From Macrostomum lignano (taxonomy: Eukaryota): a stretch of DNA of 64,000 bases. Location: positions 13,710 to 77,709 of the forward strand of contig NIVC01003771.1 in the NCBI GenBank assembly GCA_002269645.1, in the 5' to 3' direction. Numbering within the stretch: the stretch's first letter is position 1; every line of letters starts with the position of its first letter. A model generated the notes under the pieces. That model was not told the DNA's origin. It was given only the letters and a program-made list of their open reading frames with translations, and searched no databases. This document shows, in pieces, positions 24,491 through 57,861 of this stretch. The position numbers were made by a program, and so were the translations under genes.

Positions 24491-25314
24491 GGTTACTCCG
24501 GTGTTGACTCGTTGGACACTAGCTTAAAATAGGAGACAGCAGACACAATAAGATTGCAAGCTCATTTTGGATTTTCAAGTTGTTACATAAGAACATTTGA
24601 ACACTGTTCTACCTAGTGTCCACCTAGGTAGGCACACCTCGGTACACCTAGGTTCACGTCGTTTCTAGGTAGTGTCTACCTGGGTGTCTACCTGGTACCG
24701 ATCACTCGCGTCGCCCTAGAGTCTAGACGACTCTAAAAAAACAACAAGATGTCACGGTACAAGTTGCCAGAAAGTCATCAAAGAGTCGCACAAGAGTCAA
24801 ATTGAGGCATTTTCATTGTCTGCAACTGTGCGGCTGTGCTAGATTGGCTGTAGAGTCACTGAGCTTAAGTTGCGTCTAAAGTGCCTATGCGTCACTTAAT
24901 GAATCACCTACTGGGGTAGTAGAAATCTAAGCGCTAACGCAACAACTCTTACAATTCTACAACTCTGGTGATGCACTTTTCAATCAACAGTTGCCTCTCC
25001 ATCGCATTACAGTTGTTTGAAGTCATTAAAAAGTTTATTCTCCAAAGTCCCTAAACTCACTAGACAGTTGTTTCTATGACTCTTTATTGATTCTTGCCAT
25101 AGTAATGTTTTCAACAAGCTGGGTCCAAATTGGGGATGCCAAATCAAAAACCAGAATGCCAGCTGGCATGAGTCAAGATTTTCAAAATCAACTAAATTAC
25201 TGTCTCTATCATACCCTTCACACTACTGAGCCTCTGACCCACAGAAATTGTAGAAGTCTGCAGACTGCACATTTATAGATTACTCAAACTTGGCAATTGA
25301 TAGATAGTCTTAAA

Positions 25315-26030
25315 ATCAGAAGAATCCCAAAATTGATAAAACTGCTAATGCTTCAAATGAAATATAAATTGCAAAAAAACCTAAATAAAATTATATCTAT
25401 CTTGAAAAAACCAGGTGCCAATTTGTAATTTAGAGTCTAAAGATAATGTAAAAATATATTAATCAGATGATTTAGTAAATCAGAAGAATCCCAAAATAGA
25501 TAATTTTTGAGATACCCAAAATTCCATGCAAGTTAAAAGCTAGTCCAAAATATTTTTTTATTACTTAGTTGGGCTTTAAATATATTCAGTCATGAATTTC
25601 AATGTATTATATTAATAATGCACTAGTTATCAACTTTTTGATAGTATTTTTTAATGTAAAAATACATTAATCAGATGATTCAGTAAATCAGAAGAATCCC
25701 AAAATTGATAAAACTGCTAATGCTTCAAATGAAATATAAATTGCAAAAAAACCTAAATAAAATTATATCTATCTTGAAAAAACCAGGTGCCAATTTGGAA
25801 TTTAGAGTCCAAAGATAATATATCTCTATGATATAACTTAGGCAAGACTAAGAATAAAATGCATTTTCAAAGCTTGAAGCCATCCAACATATAAAGGGTA
25901 ATTCCATGCAAGTTAAAAGCTAGTCCAAAATATTTTTTTTATTTTTTATTGCTTAGTTAGATAAATTCAGTCATGAATTTCAAAGTATTATATTAATAAT
26001 GCACTAGTTATCAACTTTTTGGTGGTATTT
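25315..26030. repeat. AT-rich tandem duplication, offset about 372 bp
   Basis: TCAGAAGAATCCCAAAATTGATAAAACTGCTAATGCTTC... at about 25317 and 25689, with further shared blocks. Confidence 0.85.
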
Positions 26031-28029
26031 TTATAGTTTTGTAGTCAGTCATAAACCTTTTAAGGATTTTTAAGCCATATTCTCAACCATGATTATTTTA
26101 ATTTAGTCCCTATAACTTTATAAGTATATAGTATATGGATGTTTATAGGAAGAAAGTACTATAGGCAAATAGAATATGATCAAAATAAAAATTTAAATGA
26201 TAGATAGAACTTAGTAATAGAATATAATTTATTATAATATATTAATTTATATTATGACTATGATGATGAATTTATGAATACAATTATAAAATTTAATGAA
26301 AACTTAAAACCCCAGGCTATGATGAGACCACAAATAGGATGACTTTAAAACATTTGGCCTGTAGACAAAATATCGAAATCCGAGTTTTACGCTAGTAAAT
26401 CTAAAAATCTAAAATCTAAAAAACACTGGCAACTAACAAACTAGAATTCTTATCTTACTAGCTTGCTAGAGGTAGAGGCGAGACTAAAGACAAAGTATTA
26501 AGTTACCCTGATGTTTTAGTTGTAAATATTTTTTCAATTCGCTTGCTTTTCATCGAAATATTTATAAATTAATAAGCTGCTTTTTTGCTCTTTAATCTCT
26601 TTCCTTATATCATGCTTATTTCATGTTCGAATTACGGTCAAGCCAAAGGCTTGATCCACTCAATTGAGTTTCTTATAAACTTCACAGTTCAAATAGTTGA
26701 CGGGGAGAAACGTGCTTTGTAGACCTTCCGGGTTCTTGAAGTTCAACAAAAGTATTATCAGCTTTTTCAAATAAATTCTGCATAAAACAAGCTTTTAATC
26801 CGAGAGGGACTAAGAAGCATTATTTATTCACCATTTCTGTAGAAATCAGCTTCAATTGGAGAATCATAAATGAATTGGATTTGTCTCAGGGACGTTCCTG
26901 CGACCTTAAAAAATACCATGCGTACTGGAGGCGATTAACTTTTTATTGCATACGTAGATTTTTTAAACGGGGTAATTAGGCAGCTGGGTTCACTTCATGG
27001 ATTACTATACCGTATAACGCCATCGACTGAAGACTATAACGATCACTTTGCTTCCACCTTTGTTTGTTTCACAATTATAATGTGTGTTGCTACATGTACG
27101 TATATGTACCTTGTCCACGCATAACAATAGCTCTGTAAAGTACTAAAAACATTTCTCTTGTCTCAACAGTGCTTCGCCGCTGATGTGACAGATTTATAAG
27201 TAATGTAATATATCTAAATAGTGCACCCGATTGAGCAGGGCAAGAATTATAACGCTTCTCGCCCAACCAATTAGGTTGCCAAGATGCTTGGTTACCAGGA
27301 AGTTCGCAGTGACCAATACAACCAGATGTGTGCTGCTGTTGTTCTTAGTCGATGACTGCTGCTGCTGTGGTGTAGATCTGGGGGAATATTATTGTGCCCG
27401 TTAGCTCATTTGACGGTTGCAAGCAAGGCCTGGCCTGGAGTCTAGTACATGGAGAGGGCGTTTCAACGACGTTAATCAGGCGTTTTTGAGGGGCGGGCCA
27501 TGCCGCCGCCTTTAAATGGTCTTCCCCAGCGGCTGATTTTTGTTATAACAAGCGTCTCGAATTTTTTGTTTGGACGAGCCCGAGATGACCAGCTCGATTC
27601 TGATTGGCTGAGCTCCAGACCCCGAAATCCTTTCCACCGGGCAACCTCTCAAACCCTTTGACAGGTGAGGTTATAGATCATAAAAACAGGGGGAAAGCTA
27701 GGCTAAAATGGCTCTACCAGACATCCTGGCACTAAAAAGTGACAGCTAGACTAGCATAAATAATTGTAAAATAATGTCAAAAACTGTCAAATTTGGGAGA
27801 AGATATCAGAACTTCTCCAGACTCATTAGCGTCAAGTGACAGGTAGTTAATCGTAAATCAGAATCAAAATAAAGAAGAAAAATCCAGAAATACAGTCTAC
27901 TAGGAGTTGAGAAGAGAAAATGAGAACTCAAAGCGCGATGCTAAGATTGAAAAAGTGATTATTTTGTTATACATTGCATGCTCTACATGTATTGCTTCTT
28001 TTATTTTGGAAAAAGTTGAATATCTGAAT

Positions 28030-28310
28030 AATATAATAATGATAATTGATTACACCGCCCCAGTTGTGCAACCGACAGCTCAGCCGCAGCTATTGCACCG
28101 CGCATCTGAAGGCTGCGTACGGCTGTTCAGTCCAAGGACTGGGGGGTCGTCACGCACACCCTCAATTACCCCAGCTAATGCTGGGTGAACTGAAGCAATG
28201 TAGAATTAAGTGTCTTGCTCAAGGACAAAAATAGTTCCAGTGGGATCGGGAATCGAACCCCCGATCTTCAAGTCATGAGTCCGACAACCTAGCCGCTATA
28301 GGCTACAACC
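28030..28310 (-). mobile_element. tRNA-derived SINE with CORE-like central domain, copy 1
   Basis: Minus strand: A-box-like TAGCCTATAGCGG, B-box GGTTCGATTCC, then TGTCCTTGAGCAAGACACTTAA..., and an (ATT)-rich tail; homologous to 44610-44940. Confidence 0.85.
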
Positions 28311-29197
28311 CCCTTTTAGTCTAGACAGTCCAGGTGCACCAGTACAGGCTGAGCGCATCTATTGCTAGTTCCTAACCAGAAAGTAATCTGAAGTACTCGC
28401 AGTAAAAATACAGGAAATTAAAAACAGGGTGTTCTGGGTACTTTCACATAATTAATTAATTAAAAACAGTAGAAACATATTTAATTATTTTAAAGAATTT
28501 TGATCTAATGCCGGCGTTTTCAGTTTTTAATTTTAGCTAGCAACATGGATTTATTAAAGAAGATAGCAGTTATTGTTTTTCACACCCAGTGAGCATCAAA
28601 AATCAATAAGCGATTGCATCCGCTTAAAAATGTGGCCCGAAAATGTGGCATCATGCAGCTGGTTTTCCTGATAAGAGCGCTATTCAAATATTAAAGTTAA
28701 CAGATTAGTATAGTGCCCATAAAGTTTTCCGAATCAGATCGAATAAGTGTATAAACATCGCATTTTTGTTGCTTTTTTCTACCACACATTCTAAAGTACA
28801 TAGACAGGGCTAATCCAGCGTCTTTTTGGTCGCAGCGCAGCGCGAAAACCACCCGGGTATGACCATAGACTGTAGCTTCTGCTGCTCTCAAGACATTAGC
28901 AGCAGCTATAGTGTCTGTGGCCCTAACCCCGTGGTTTTCGGGGCCTTCGATCGGGGACGGCCGCTAGATACATTGACAAATGCTGGAGTGATACATCTAT
29001 CTAGGTACATAGAATCTGTCGTTTCCACACTGATGAAGTCTTGCTTTTGTCAGCCAAAAAGCAACATTGAACTAGCTAGAGAAGTGAAGCGGGTTAATAT
29101 ATTAAAGGCGTGCACACACTATTAGCTAAAAGTTAATACGCAGTAACAGTTTCACCAATCCATTGTCTTGGATAAAGTTTCTAGTCATCAATTGTCT

Positions 29198-29299
29198 CTA
29201 TAACGCACTGCTGCCCATGTCCTCATCCAGGCTCATGCCGTACTGCATACGGCGTCTCCGTCGGCTCATGAAGCCACTCTGAGCTCCAGATTGCTGCTC

Positions 29300-29331
<32 letters not shown>

Positions 29332-32300
29332 CCTGTTGCTGGCCATTGACTGTTTCTGCTCGTCGATTTCGCCTGCCAGCTTCGCCGCCTTCTGCTTGCG
29401 CTCGGCTGGGGCTGCCAGTGGGTAATTGGAAAAGTGATAATTGCGCGAAACGGAGAGTCGCTGTGTTCAGTTCAGGGTCGGCAAGCTCGGGCCCGCGGGG
29501 CGCATGCTTCCTGCCAAGCCTCTCTAACCGGCCCTCGGGTCCTTGGAAACTTCACAATAGCAATCCGGCCGCTAAAGGTTTGCGTCTCTTCTCTCCTCTC
29601 TACTCCTCTCCTCTCTCCCCTCTCCTCTTCCCTCCCTTTTCCTCTCCTCTCCTCTCCTCTCCTCTCCTCTCTTTCTCCTCTCCTCTCCTCTCCTCTCCTC
29701 TCCTCTCCTCTCCTCTCCTCTCCTCTCCTCTCCTCTCCTCTCCTCTCCTCTCCTCTCCTCTCCTCTCCTCTCCTCTCCTCTCCTCTCCTCTCCTCTCCTC
29801 TCCTCTCCTCTCCTCTCCTCTCCTCTCCTCTCCTCTCCTCTCAACTCCTCTCCTCTCCTCTCAACTCCTCTCCTCTCCTCTCCTCTCCTCTCAACTCCTC
29901 TCCTCTCCTCTCCTCTCCTCTCCTCTCCTCTCCTCTCCTCTCAACTCCTCTCCTCTCCTCTCCTCTCAACTCCTCTCCTCTCCTCTCCTCTCCTCTCCTC
30001 TCCTCTCAACTCCTCTCCTCTCCTCTCAACTCCTCTCCTCTCCTCTCCTCTCCTCTCCTCTCCTCTCCTCTCCTCTCCTATCCTCTCAACTCCTCTCCTC
30101 TCCTCTCCTCTCCCCTCCTTTCCCCACTTCCCACTTTACTACAGCTTGAATATTCAAGCAGTTCAACCTAATATTTTTAATTGTTGTGCTTCGAGTGGCC
30201 GAAAGATGACAGAGGCGCCCAAAAGTCTACCTAATATTTAGCATCCCTCCTGCAATTTAGAACAGCCAGTCAGTAACCCTACCGAGTGGTGTTCACAGCC
30301 TTGTCCTCCATCTGCAGCTCCTCCGTGGCCGTCTGTTGATCCCGACCGCTGCGGTATTGAGCCTCGAACTCAGTTTGAGTCGATGCGGACTCCATCTGAG
30401 CAGCTGCTGGGCAACTCCCGGAGGAAAACTGGCCAACATCTCTGGTCGGGGTGAAGTCAACAGACTCGAGCAGGAACTCAACCGGTTCTGTTTGAGTCTC
30501 GGTGCTCTGCAGCTCAGGTTGCTCCTCCTGACCAACCGTGTCAATGCTGTTCAGGCTGGAGAAGCTGCGGGCGGGTTACGGGAGGTGGCGACTCGCCCTG
30601 GGACTATGCAGCTTGCAACCTGTGCACTAAAGTAATGGCTAAAGTAAAATCAGACAGTCACGGGGGCAATCAGCTCAAGCAAGTGACTCAACTGTTGGCA
30701 TCTATTTCAGCATACCAGTTTGCTGTTTGGGCGTGAGTTTCATAGAATTGTCACCACTTTGACTACATACTCGCTGTTACACGTCTCCTTTAAACGCTAA
30801 GTTCTTCCCACTTGTGTTGCGGTTGTGTTAGTGCACACGCTCGACAATAGCAGGCTGCAGTACATTACAAAGGCAAGGCACATTTAGCAAGCAAGCGAGT
30901 GATAAGACAAAATTTCCACTTTTCTCATTCTTTTTCAGTCGGCTGTCAGGAGTACATTTGTGGTACATGTATCTTTTCTTTATTGAAGAATTCAGGAACT
31001 TGAAACTTAGGTCCAAGTTCCAAGTTGCAGATGAAGAGTTTGCTTTTGTTGCACATAACTGGCTATGCATCTCAAAACCAAAATCAAGGAAACTTTACCT
31101 TTCATTCCTGGAACGCCTGAAATTGCAGTTTGATTTCAAAGGTGGGAAAATTTTTCGAAAATGCGGGTATGTTTTTGAAAAGCTTAAGTTTTCCACAACC
31201 TGCAGTGCTTTGCTAACAACAAAACTCTTAAGCGAAGCAGTAAGCACGGTTTCTCAAATTACGAGTAGGAATTAGTGGCGGAACAAAAGTGATTATTTGC
31301 GTTCTTTAGCGACTAAAAATCTACTGAAGCCATAGCCAAACAAATGTCAAGCAATTTACTTTAACTTTGGGTCACCAGAGTAACAGAGTTTTCGGGAAGA
31401 CCATCAGCTCTAGCTACTATACTAGGACTAATTCGTTCCTGTGTTTATTTACAAAGACAACCCTGCCAACTTCGTAAACCTGTCAGTTTAGCATCTGAAT
31501 CCATCTTTAATTTAATTTTCAGCAGTTGCACAGTGCAATCAAACTGTGGAGATTTTTCCACCGGATAAGATATAAAAAACTTGTAAAGTTAGGTCAGGGC
31601 GATTTACTACAGCCGCTGACATCAGAAAAGATTCCCTTGATCGGCAAACCGACTTGTTGTAATTATAATTTCTGAACAGCAAACCGAGAATCCTATAGGC
31701 TGTGGAACTGCAAAATAAGAAACCTTAAAGCTGCGGATCTGGATGCGCTACTCATTCTAACACAGATCCCATAAGCTGCTCGTGTGCTGTTTGGTCACAA
31801 CATGAGCTCATGTAAGACTGATGTACGTAAAATCAAAATATAATAATCAGGCATTTGTACCTGGAATTGGAGATAATGCAAGACCGAAATTTGCTAGCAT
31901 TTGGCTTGTCCATGTCCTGTATGGAGCCCAGCTCGATGTGGCCAGGTAGGAAACGAATCTCCTTGCTCATGGTCTTGGGCAGGTCTATTTGCATGGCCAT
32001 GGACAGGGAGGAAAGTTTATCCTGAACCTCGCGCTTCAGCAGCAGCAGCTCGATATCCTTGCCTTGCAGAACAATCTCAGTTAGAGCGCAGGTGCTCTTC
32101 AAGGTCTCCAGGGCCGACTGCAGTTCAGCCTTCCGACCGATCACCTCCATGGTCTGCTTGCCGTACAGATTGTGCACCTCGTCAATCAGCTGCTTCTCTC
32201 GATTACGAATCTGTTGACGGAGTGAGGGAAACGATTGAGGCGGCAATGATTGGCTGGACTGGGACAGACTCTGAGGGGTTCTGCTAGGCATCACGTGACG

Positions 32301-33276
32301 AAAAATTATGAGTTACTAAGCACTGATTGGCTGGCTTGGAATGCAAAGTCTATGGTTGGGTCTGTCATCACTTGTCGTTTGCTTCTATTGAAAACAAGGA
32401 GTAAAAGTAGGTAGAGAAAATTTGCATCCTCATATGCATTATTGCAACATTTACATTACGAGCTACTGAAAGGTCATGCAGCTTCAATGTCGAGTTAGCA
32501 CAAGCTCTTACATCAGCGACAAACTCGATCGCAAGCTCGCGAATTTTCTTCTCCGCCTCGGTGATCTGTCTCTCCGTGCTGTTCACTCGCTCCATGTACT
32601 TTTCGTAGACGCCAATCTTCGACTTGCAGTCAGCGAGCACAGCTTCAATGTCGGCCTTGTACTTGACCACCGCTTCGCTGAAGTTGGACACCTCGTGCTC
32701 TTTGTGCTCGTTGAAGGCGCAGATGATGCACACACAGGCTTGGCATGGCTCGCAGTAGAAGCGGACGACCTCATCCGGGTGGTCCTTGCAGATGATGTCC
32801 TTCTCTGTTTCGACGTCAAATATCGCATGGTCGCGTGTCACCTTTGTCTCCTTGTGCTGCTCAACGCAGGCCCGGCAGAGCAGCTTGTTGCAGTCCAGGC
32901 ACTTGCTGCTGGCCTGCTCCTTGGCCCGCCGGCCGACCATCTTGCAGATGTCGCAGCTGGCCGAACTCGTGCCAGACTTCTGCTGCCTGTCCATCGTGTC
33001 GGACAGGTTGGAGATGAGGAAATTGTCCGGCAGCTTCTTGGCGCCGCCGACCGGCAGCTGAGTTCGCTTCCGGCACAGCGGACAGGTGAACTCTCGATAG
33101 TCTGAGTACTTCTTGTAGGCCGCCTCGGAGGCGATATGGTTCTCGATACAGACCTCGCAAAATGTGTGCAGACAGGACAGACACTTAGGTGTCTTGAACG
33201 GGCTCATGCAGATCTTGCAAACCAGAAATTCGTCGTGAATCTCCTGCACAAGCTTGCCGGCTTGAGTTGTTGCCAT
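29198..33276 (-). CDS. TRIM (RING-B-box1-B-box2-coiled coil) E3-ligase-like protein with disordered C-terminus, 536 aa
   Basis: Exons 33276..32512, 32210..31861, 30564..30283, 29411..29198, all GT-AG and phase-consistent. RING CKIC..CLHTFCEVC..CPLC; B-box1 CDIC..CLDC..LC..C..H..H; B-box2 CKDH..YCEPC..C..C..H..H; coiled coil; tail with TQT motifs, polyQ and RRRRR. No NHL/filamin domain. Confidence 0.9.
29588..30120. repeat. (CTCCT)n microsatellite in TRIM intron 3
   Basis: Direct inspection. Confidence 0.97.
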
Positions 33277-35890
33277 GACGACCGGACTGACTCGCGGAAG
33301 TACCGTGGCGGAAGTGGCCGTAGAAGAGGTCGGCGATAGACAGGCAGATTCTAGGCGGCTGCTTCTGGAGCGGGATTTGTCATCCCCGGTGGCTGTGGGT
33401 CAGTTGAAGGGTGGTTTGCTTTTATTTTTCTTAATTTTATCTGCAAGGAATATGCAAAAATATGGAACAGCGCAAGGATACGAAACACGGATACCAGATC
33501 ATCTGTATCAGTTGAAAGACGTCCTTAGCCTTCTAGAGTATCGATCTGCCTGCCCTTTGTCTGAATATTCGATAGTTAGTTGCAAAGCTCACCCGGTTTG
33601 ACTGATCCTAGGTGTGCTGTTGATTGAAATTTTTCGACATACGATACTGAAGGCGATGAAGCTGCGTCAGAGCTGCAGTTTGGGGCCAAAGTGCACTCAG
33701 ATCCGCTGAAAATGCTTCTAAGCGTCTAACACATTCCCTTTCACTGCGTTCAGGCAAGTCGTTCAGGCAGACAGGCGGGGACAGGGCCAAGTCACCATTG
33801 GGTCTCGTCTCGCGGTGCAGCGGCGCAAATGGTCGAGGAACATTCGGAAAGCTGGAACATCAGCCCCTCATCCCCAAAATGCAGGTCAGACTTTCGAGAG
33901 AAGGACGGGGAGCCTGGGAGGAAAACTACTGGGGTGCAGGGCGGGGTTTAGAATCATTTTTAGATTTCGCCATCCTGGAATTTTCCTTGCCCCACAGACA
34001 GAGGACATTTCTGCGTAATTTCTACCGCTTGCCATTTTGCTTGGCCCAGGTGTACAGTCCATGTGTACAGTTACAGCAACACGTACAGGTTGGTGAATCA
34101 GAGAGAGGGGCAGTACGACAGGCCGAAGCTGATCGTTGCTATATCGATGCAGTGAAACACCGAAGAGAGGGAAGAAGTGGAGAAAGGGCTTAGCTGTGGC
34201 CTAGCAGCGGAGCTTTAGATTGTGCAACAGACTACTTCAGAAGGATTAAGACACAAGTTGCAATGCTGTGGATACCATGCTTTAGAAAACTTTCAAGACT
34301 TCGTCTGACACATTCGTGTGCTATTTTTAAGCAAATTTATTTAGTTTAAAATGGCCCATGACGATGAAAACTAGGAATGTTGCCAACAAAAGTTTTATGT
34401 TATAATCGTTGTTTTGATTAAGTTGATGCACCGACGAGCGAGTCACCAACGCGGCACTGTATCGCCGACCTGGTCCATCCAAGCGACCTGTTGCTCGGTC
34501 GACGACTTCAACTTCCAGGCCTCATCATCCTAGAAAAGGATGTTGCTCCCAAAGCTTCAAACTTACTAATAGTTTCAAAGCCCACCACACTTTGGCTGAC
34601 ATCAAAGACTTTTTAGGCCTTTTAAAGATGAAAACCATTTCAGATCTGCTAATGCATTCATGCTTAAACAAAAATCTCTCTGTATCCTGTCACGCCGTCC
34701 TCAGGGTGTGCCAAGCTGGCATGATAAAACTAGAGCCCATTTCCCCAGCTAGACTGGTTGCTCCTTAGACCTTATCTGGCTCGAAATAAAACCAAAAACA
34801 GTTGTACAAACAGGCATTTAAGCGTAACAACACGCGGCTGCTTACTCTGCGTCCGGTAAGAGTACCGGCCCGAGACTCCGCTGGACATGCCAATCTGCGC
34901 GCCGTTGATCTGAGGGCTTCCGAAGTTGCGGCGAAAACTCTACCAGCTACGTACTGGGTCGTGAAGATTCTCCGCCTTTTATTTCCTAGCCACATGCTTT
35001 CCAGTCGATTTCAAGCTGGCGTACGCGAGCGAACTGCTTTTTCCCCAACGATCAGAAGTTAGGGAAAGGTAAAGTGTGTGCCCCCTACCTGCGCCGCTGG
35101 ATAATGAGGCTGTGAGGAATGCTGCACCTTGCAGTGGAACAGAGCGACGGGGTAGTTGGAGAAAAGGAGGCATTGGTACTTGCACAATACAGTAATACTG
35201 TATTGTGTATTTTTGTTGTTGTTGTTGTTGTTGTTGCTGCTGCTTTTGTAAGAAAGATGTTTTCTAGCCGGTTTCTAGCTGGTATATTAATATATTAACA
35301 CCAATGATAATGCCAATATTAATACCAATGATTTGCGCCCGTTAACGGCGCCTTTTGAGTAGTACGAGCTACATTAAAGCTCTTAAAGCATTTTCCATGA
35401 GTACATTGAACCCTTTCTAATTGAGTGAGCCACAGCTCTATTAAGCGCCCAAAAATTTTAGAAAACAAAAAATATTCAATGGTGGTGGCTCACCCTCACG
35501 TTCTAAACCCCCGTGCTTCACTCTTGGAATTTAGCCATATAAGTTCTAGATTTCTATGTGTAGCTTAGGCAAAGTGCCTGTAGTACAATATACTCTCTCA
35601 TTATAATGAAAGATGCCTGCTGCCTATGGACAAAACTTAGAGCAGAGTGATGCTATGTGCTATGGTAGGTAGTAGCGAAAAAAGGTCAGTCAAAAAGAAA
35701 GTCTAGTAGCAGTCTAGGGGTTAAGGCATATTTTGGCAATCAACTTGTTCAGAAGAGTGCAGCACAGCAAGGCGGCATGCAGAAGCGGTTTATGGCTCAA
35801 GGCTAGCTTTGTGGCGGCTCATTGTGTATTTAATAGAAGCGTAACTTATATGGCTAAATATATAATTTATGATGAATGTTCAGTGCGAAC

Positions 35891-55292
<19,402 letters not shown>

Positions 55293-56424
55293 CTGTGGGG
55301 GGGGGAGGCGGTGAGCCCGTCTGATGGATTCGCCTCCCAGCCGATTCTGGCGGGTTATTTGTATCGAATAAAGAATTGCGTCAAACGAAAACTGAGCTAT
55401 TATTGTGAGATCGGTTGAGGAGTTTTTATGGTAGCAGTGAGACAGTGAAAGCAGTAAAACAGTAGCCTGCTTTGAGGACATGCTTTCATTTTTTACTGCT
55501 TCGTGCCGTTAAAAATCACAGCAGCATTTGCAAGCGACATCGTTAATCGTCTTGAAATATAAGCCAGATTATGATCTTAATCTCACGGATTTGCTCTTGC
55601 AAGACGTGGTCCTTCTGCTAGTCTCAGATCCCTCGATTTGCATTTTCAATCGCATGATGAGTTCTCCGCTCGGATCAGTTGAACGTAAATAGACTTTTTT
55701 TATCTTGCCTGCCTGTCTGGGTATGTGCTAAGCAACCTCCAGCTGACATTGAATAGATACCGGCCCACTCAACATTTTCTCCATGCACAAATTGCTCTGG
55801 CAGACACCCGAGAGCCTGGGGTGCTTGTACGGCTGAGTTGACAAGGATAAGGCGTAAGGGAAAGAGCGAAAGTGAGAATGAAGAGTATGAGCAAGCCTCC
55901 TCAAATGTAAACATCTCACCCTGGGCCTAGGAGAGCCTTTACGTAGGCCTGACCGTCCCTCTCTCACTTTATCAGGGCCAGTGTTTGCCTGGGCAAAACA
56001 GGGTCTGAGACAGGGCGCGAGTGATGTCGACGTGATGCTCTGAGACTGAGACTGGCGTTGCCTCCATAACGCTTCGCCGCCGGACGGGCGGGGTGTTGGA
56101 AGCGCTCTGACGAAAGACAGAATTTTCACGATGGCGACCCTCCGTTAGTCTGATGGACAGCGCCCAACCCTCCAACACCTCAGACCATACTGAGGGCCTC
56201 AAATTCTGCGCTCATTTCATTAGAAAATGCTACTGTTACGAGCGTATTGCCGAAAACTTAATTGGCTAAATATGGGTGCATTGGAGCCTTGTTTCCAGTG
56301 CATCGGCCGAGAGATCAAAGGCGACGGCATATCTTGAGATCCTTACTAGAACACTTTTTAAATCTGGAACATCACTGTAAATGCTGAGTTTGAAGATGAT
56401 AAAAATAGGAGTCCGAAACTTGGG

Positions 56425-56715
56425 ACTTGGAATTTGGGACTGCATCTTTTGAGACACATCGAAGCTTTGGACCGTTGAGTTTGGGACTGCATCTTTTTAG
56501 ACGCATCGAAGCTTTGGACCGTTGAGTTTGGGACTGCATCTTTTTAGACGCATCGAAGCTTTGGACCGTTGAGTTTGGGACTGCATCTTTTGAGACGCAT
56601 CGAAGCTTTGGACCGTTGAGTTTGGGACTGCATCTTTTGAGACGCATCGAAGCTTTGGACCGTTGAGTTTGGGACTGCATCTTTTTAGACGCATCAAAGC
56701 TTTGTACCGTTGGGT
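56425..56715. repeat. 46-47-bp minisatellite (TTTGGGACTGCATCTTTTTAGACGCATCGAAGCTTTGGACCGTTGAG), about 6 copies
   Basis: Direct periodicity. Confidence 0.95.
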
Positions 56716-57470
56716 TCGAGACTTTTGGGGGTTTTAAATATTTCAATCTAGAGGTTTGGCTAAAGGAAATTCATGGAATCCCACTGCCTCGCATTGACAA
56801 AATGATCTGGGTAATCCGGGTCAGTCGACTCGTACTATTGAAGACGACTTCAAATCGAGGCGGGAAACCATAAGAGAGTATAGGGAGAGGCAGAGAAGGA
56901 GTGACGGGGCTCAGAACGGAATCGGTGGACTCGGCAGAGGTCATTAATAATGGAACGGCGGACCGTGTCCCTCTTCAGTGTATTTCTCTCCTTCTTCTTT
57001 CTTTTGGCTCTTTCAGCGCAGTCCCGATCGCGGTAAGGCAATCGGGGCAAGGTCCTGAGACTGACTGACTGGCCCGTCCGAAATTCGAAGACGGGAGGGG
57101 GAAGCCGTTTCCTGGAACACGGGGTGCCGAGATATTGCTTCAACCGCGTCGGCCTCTCTCCTCCCCGCCCCACTAGTATTTAGCTGGCCAAGCTTATACC
57201 ATCGCGATGAGAAACTCTTGTGTGCACTGTTGGGCCGCTGCCATAGACATTTACTGACCATATAAATTTGAGCATTTCAAAACGGGACTAGGCTTCCACA
57301 GGCTTATCTAAAATTGCACCTGTTTTACAGGCTTGCAATTAGCTTAAAGGCCCACCCTGGAGTAAGGCTGGGAATTGCGCTGCTAAGCGGCCACCTGCCT
57401 GCCACTGAGCTGGGATATCTAAATCAGCTTAAACATACCGCTCTGCATTTCAGATAGCTGTGGCGGAATC

Positions 57471-57861
<391 letters not shown>

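Noticed and set aside
28240-28310. tRNA genes at the SINE heads (also 44870-44940)
   Set aside because: The acceptor stem and anticodon stem do not pair fully, and the sequence continues into a shared SINE body and tail.
30958-31275. Antisense ORF in TRIM intron 2 (..EFAFVAHNWL..) and ORF 21559-21792 as transposon proteins
   Set aside because: Only vague motif resemblance; no termini or catalytic motifs visible.
33520-35140. Possible small spliced gene between alpha2-delta and TRIM (DDEAWKLKSSTEQQ.., FPNVPRPF..LHRLQY)
   Set aside because: Exon-like pieces exist, but there is no unambiguous start or phase path and no recognisable family.
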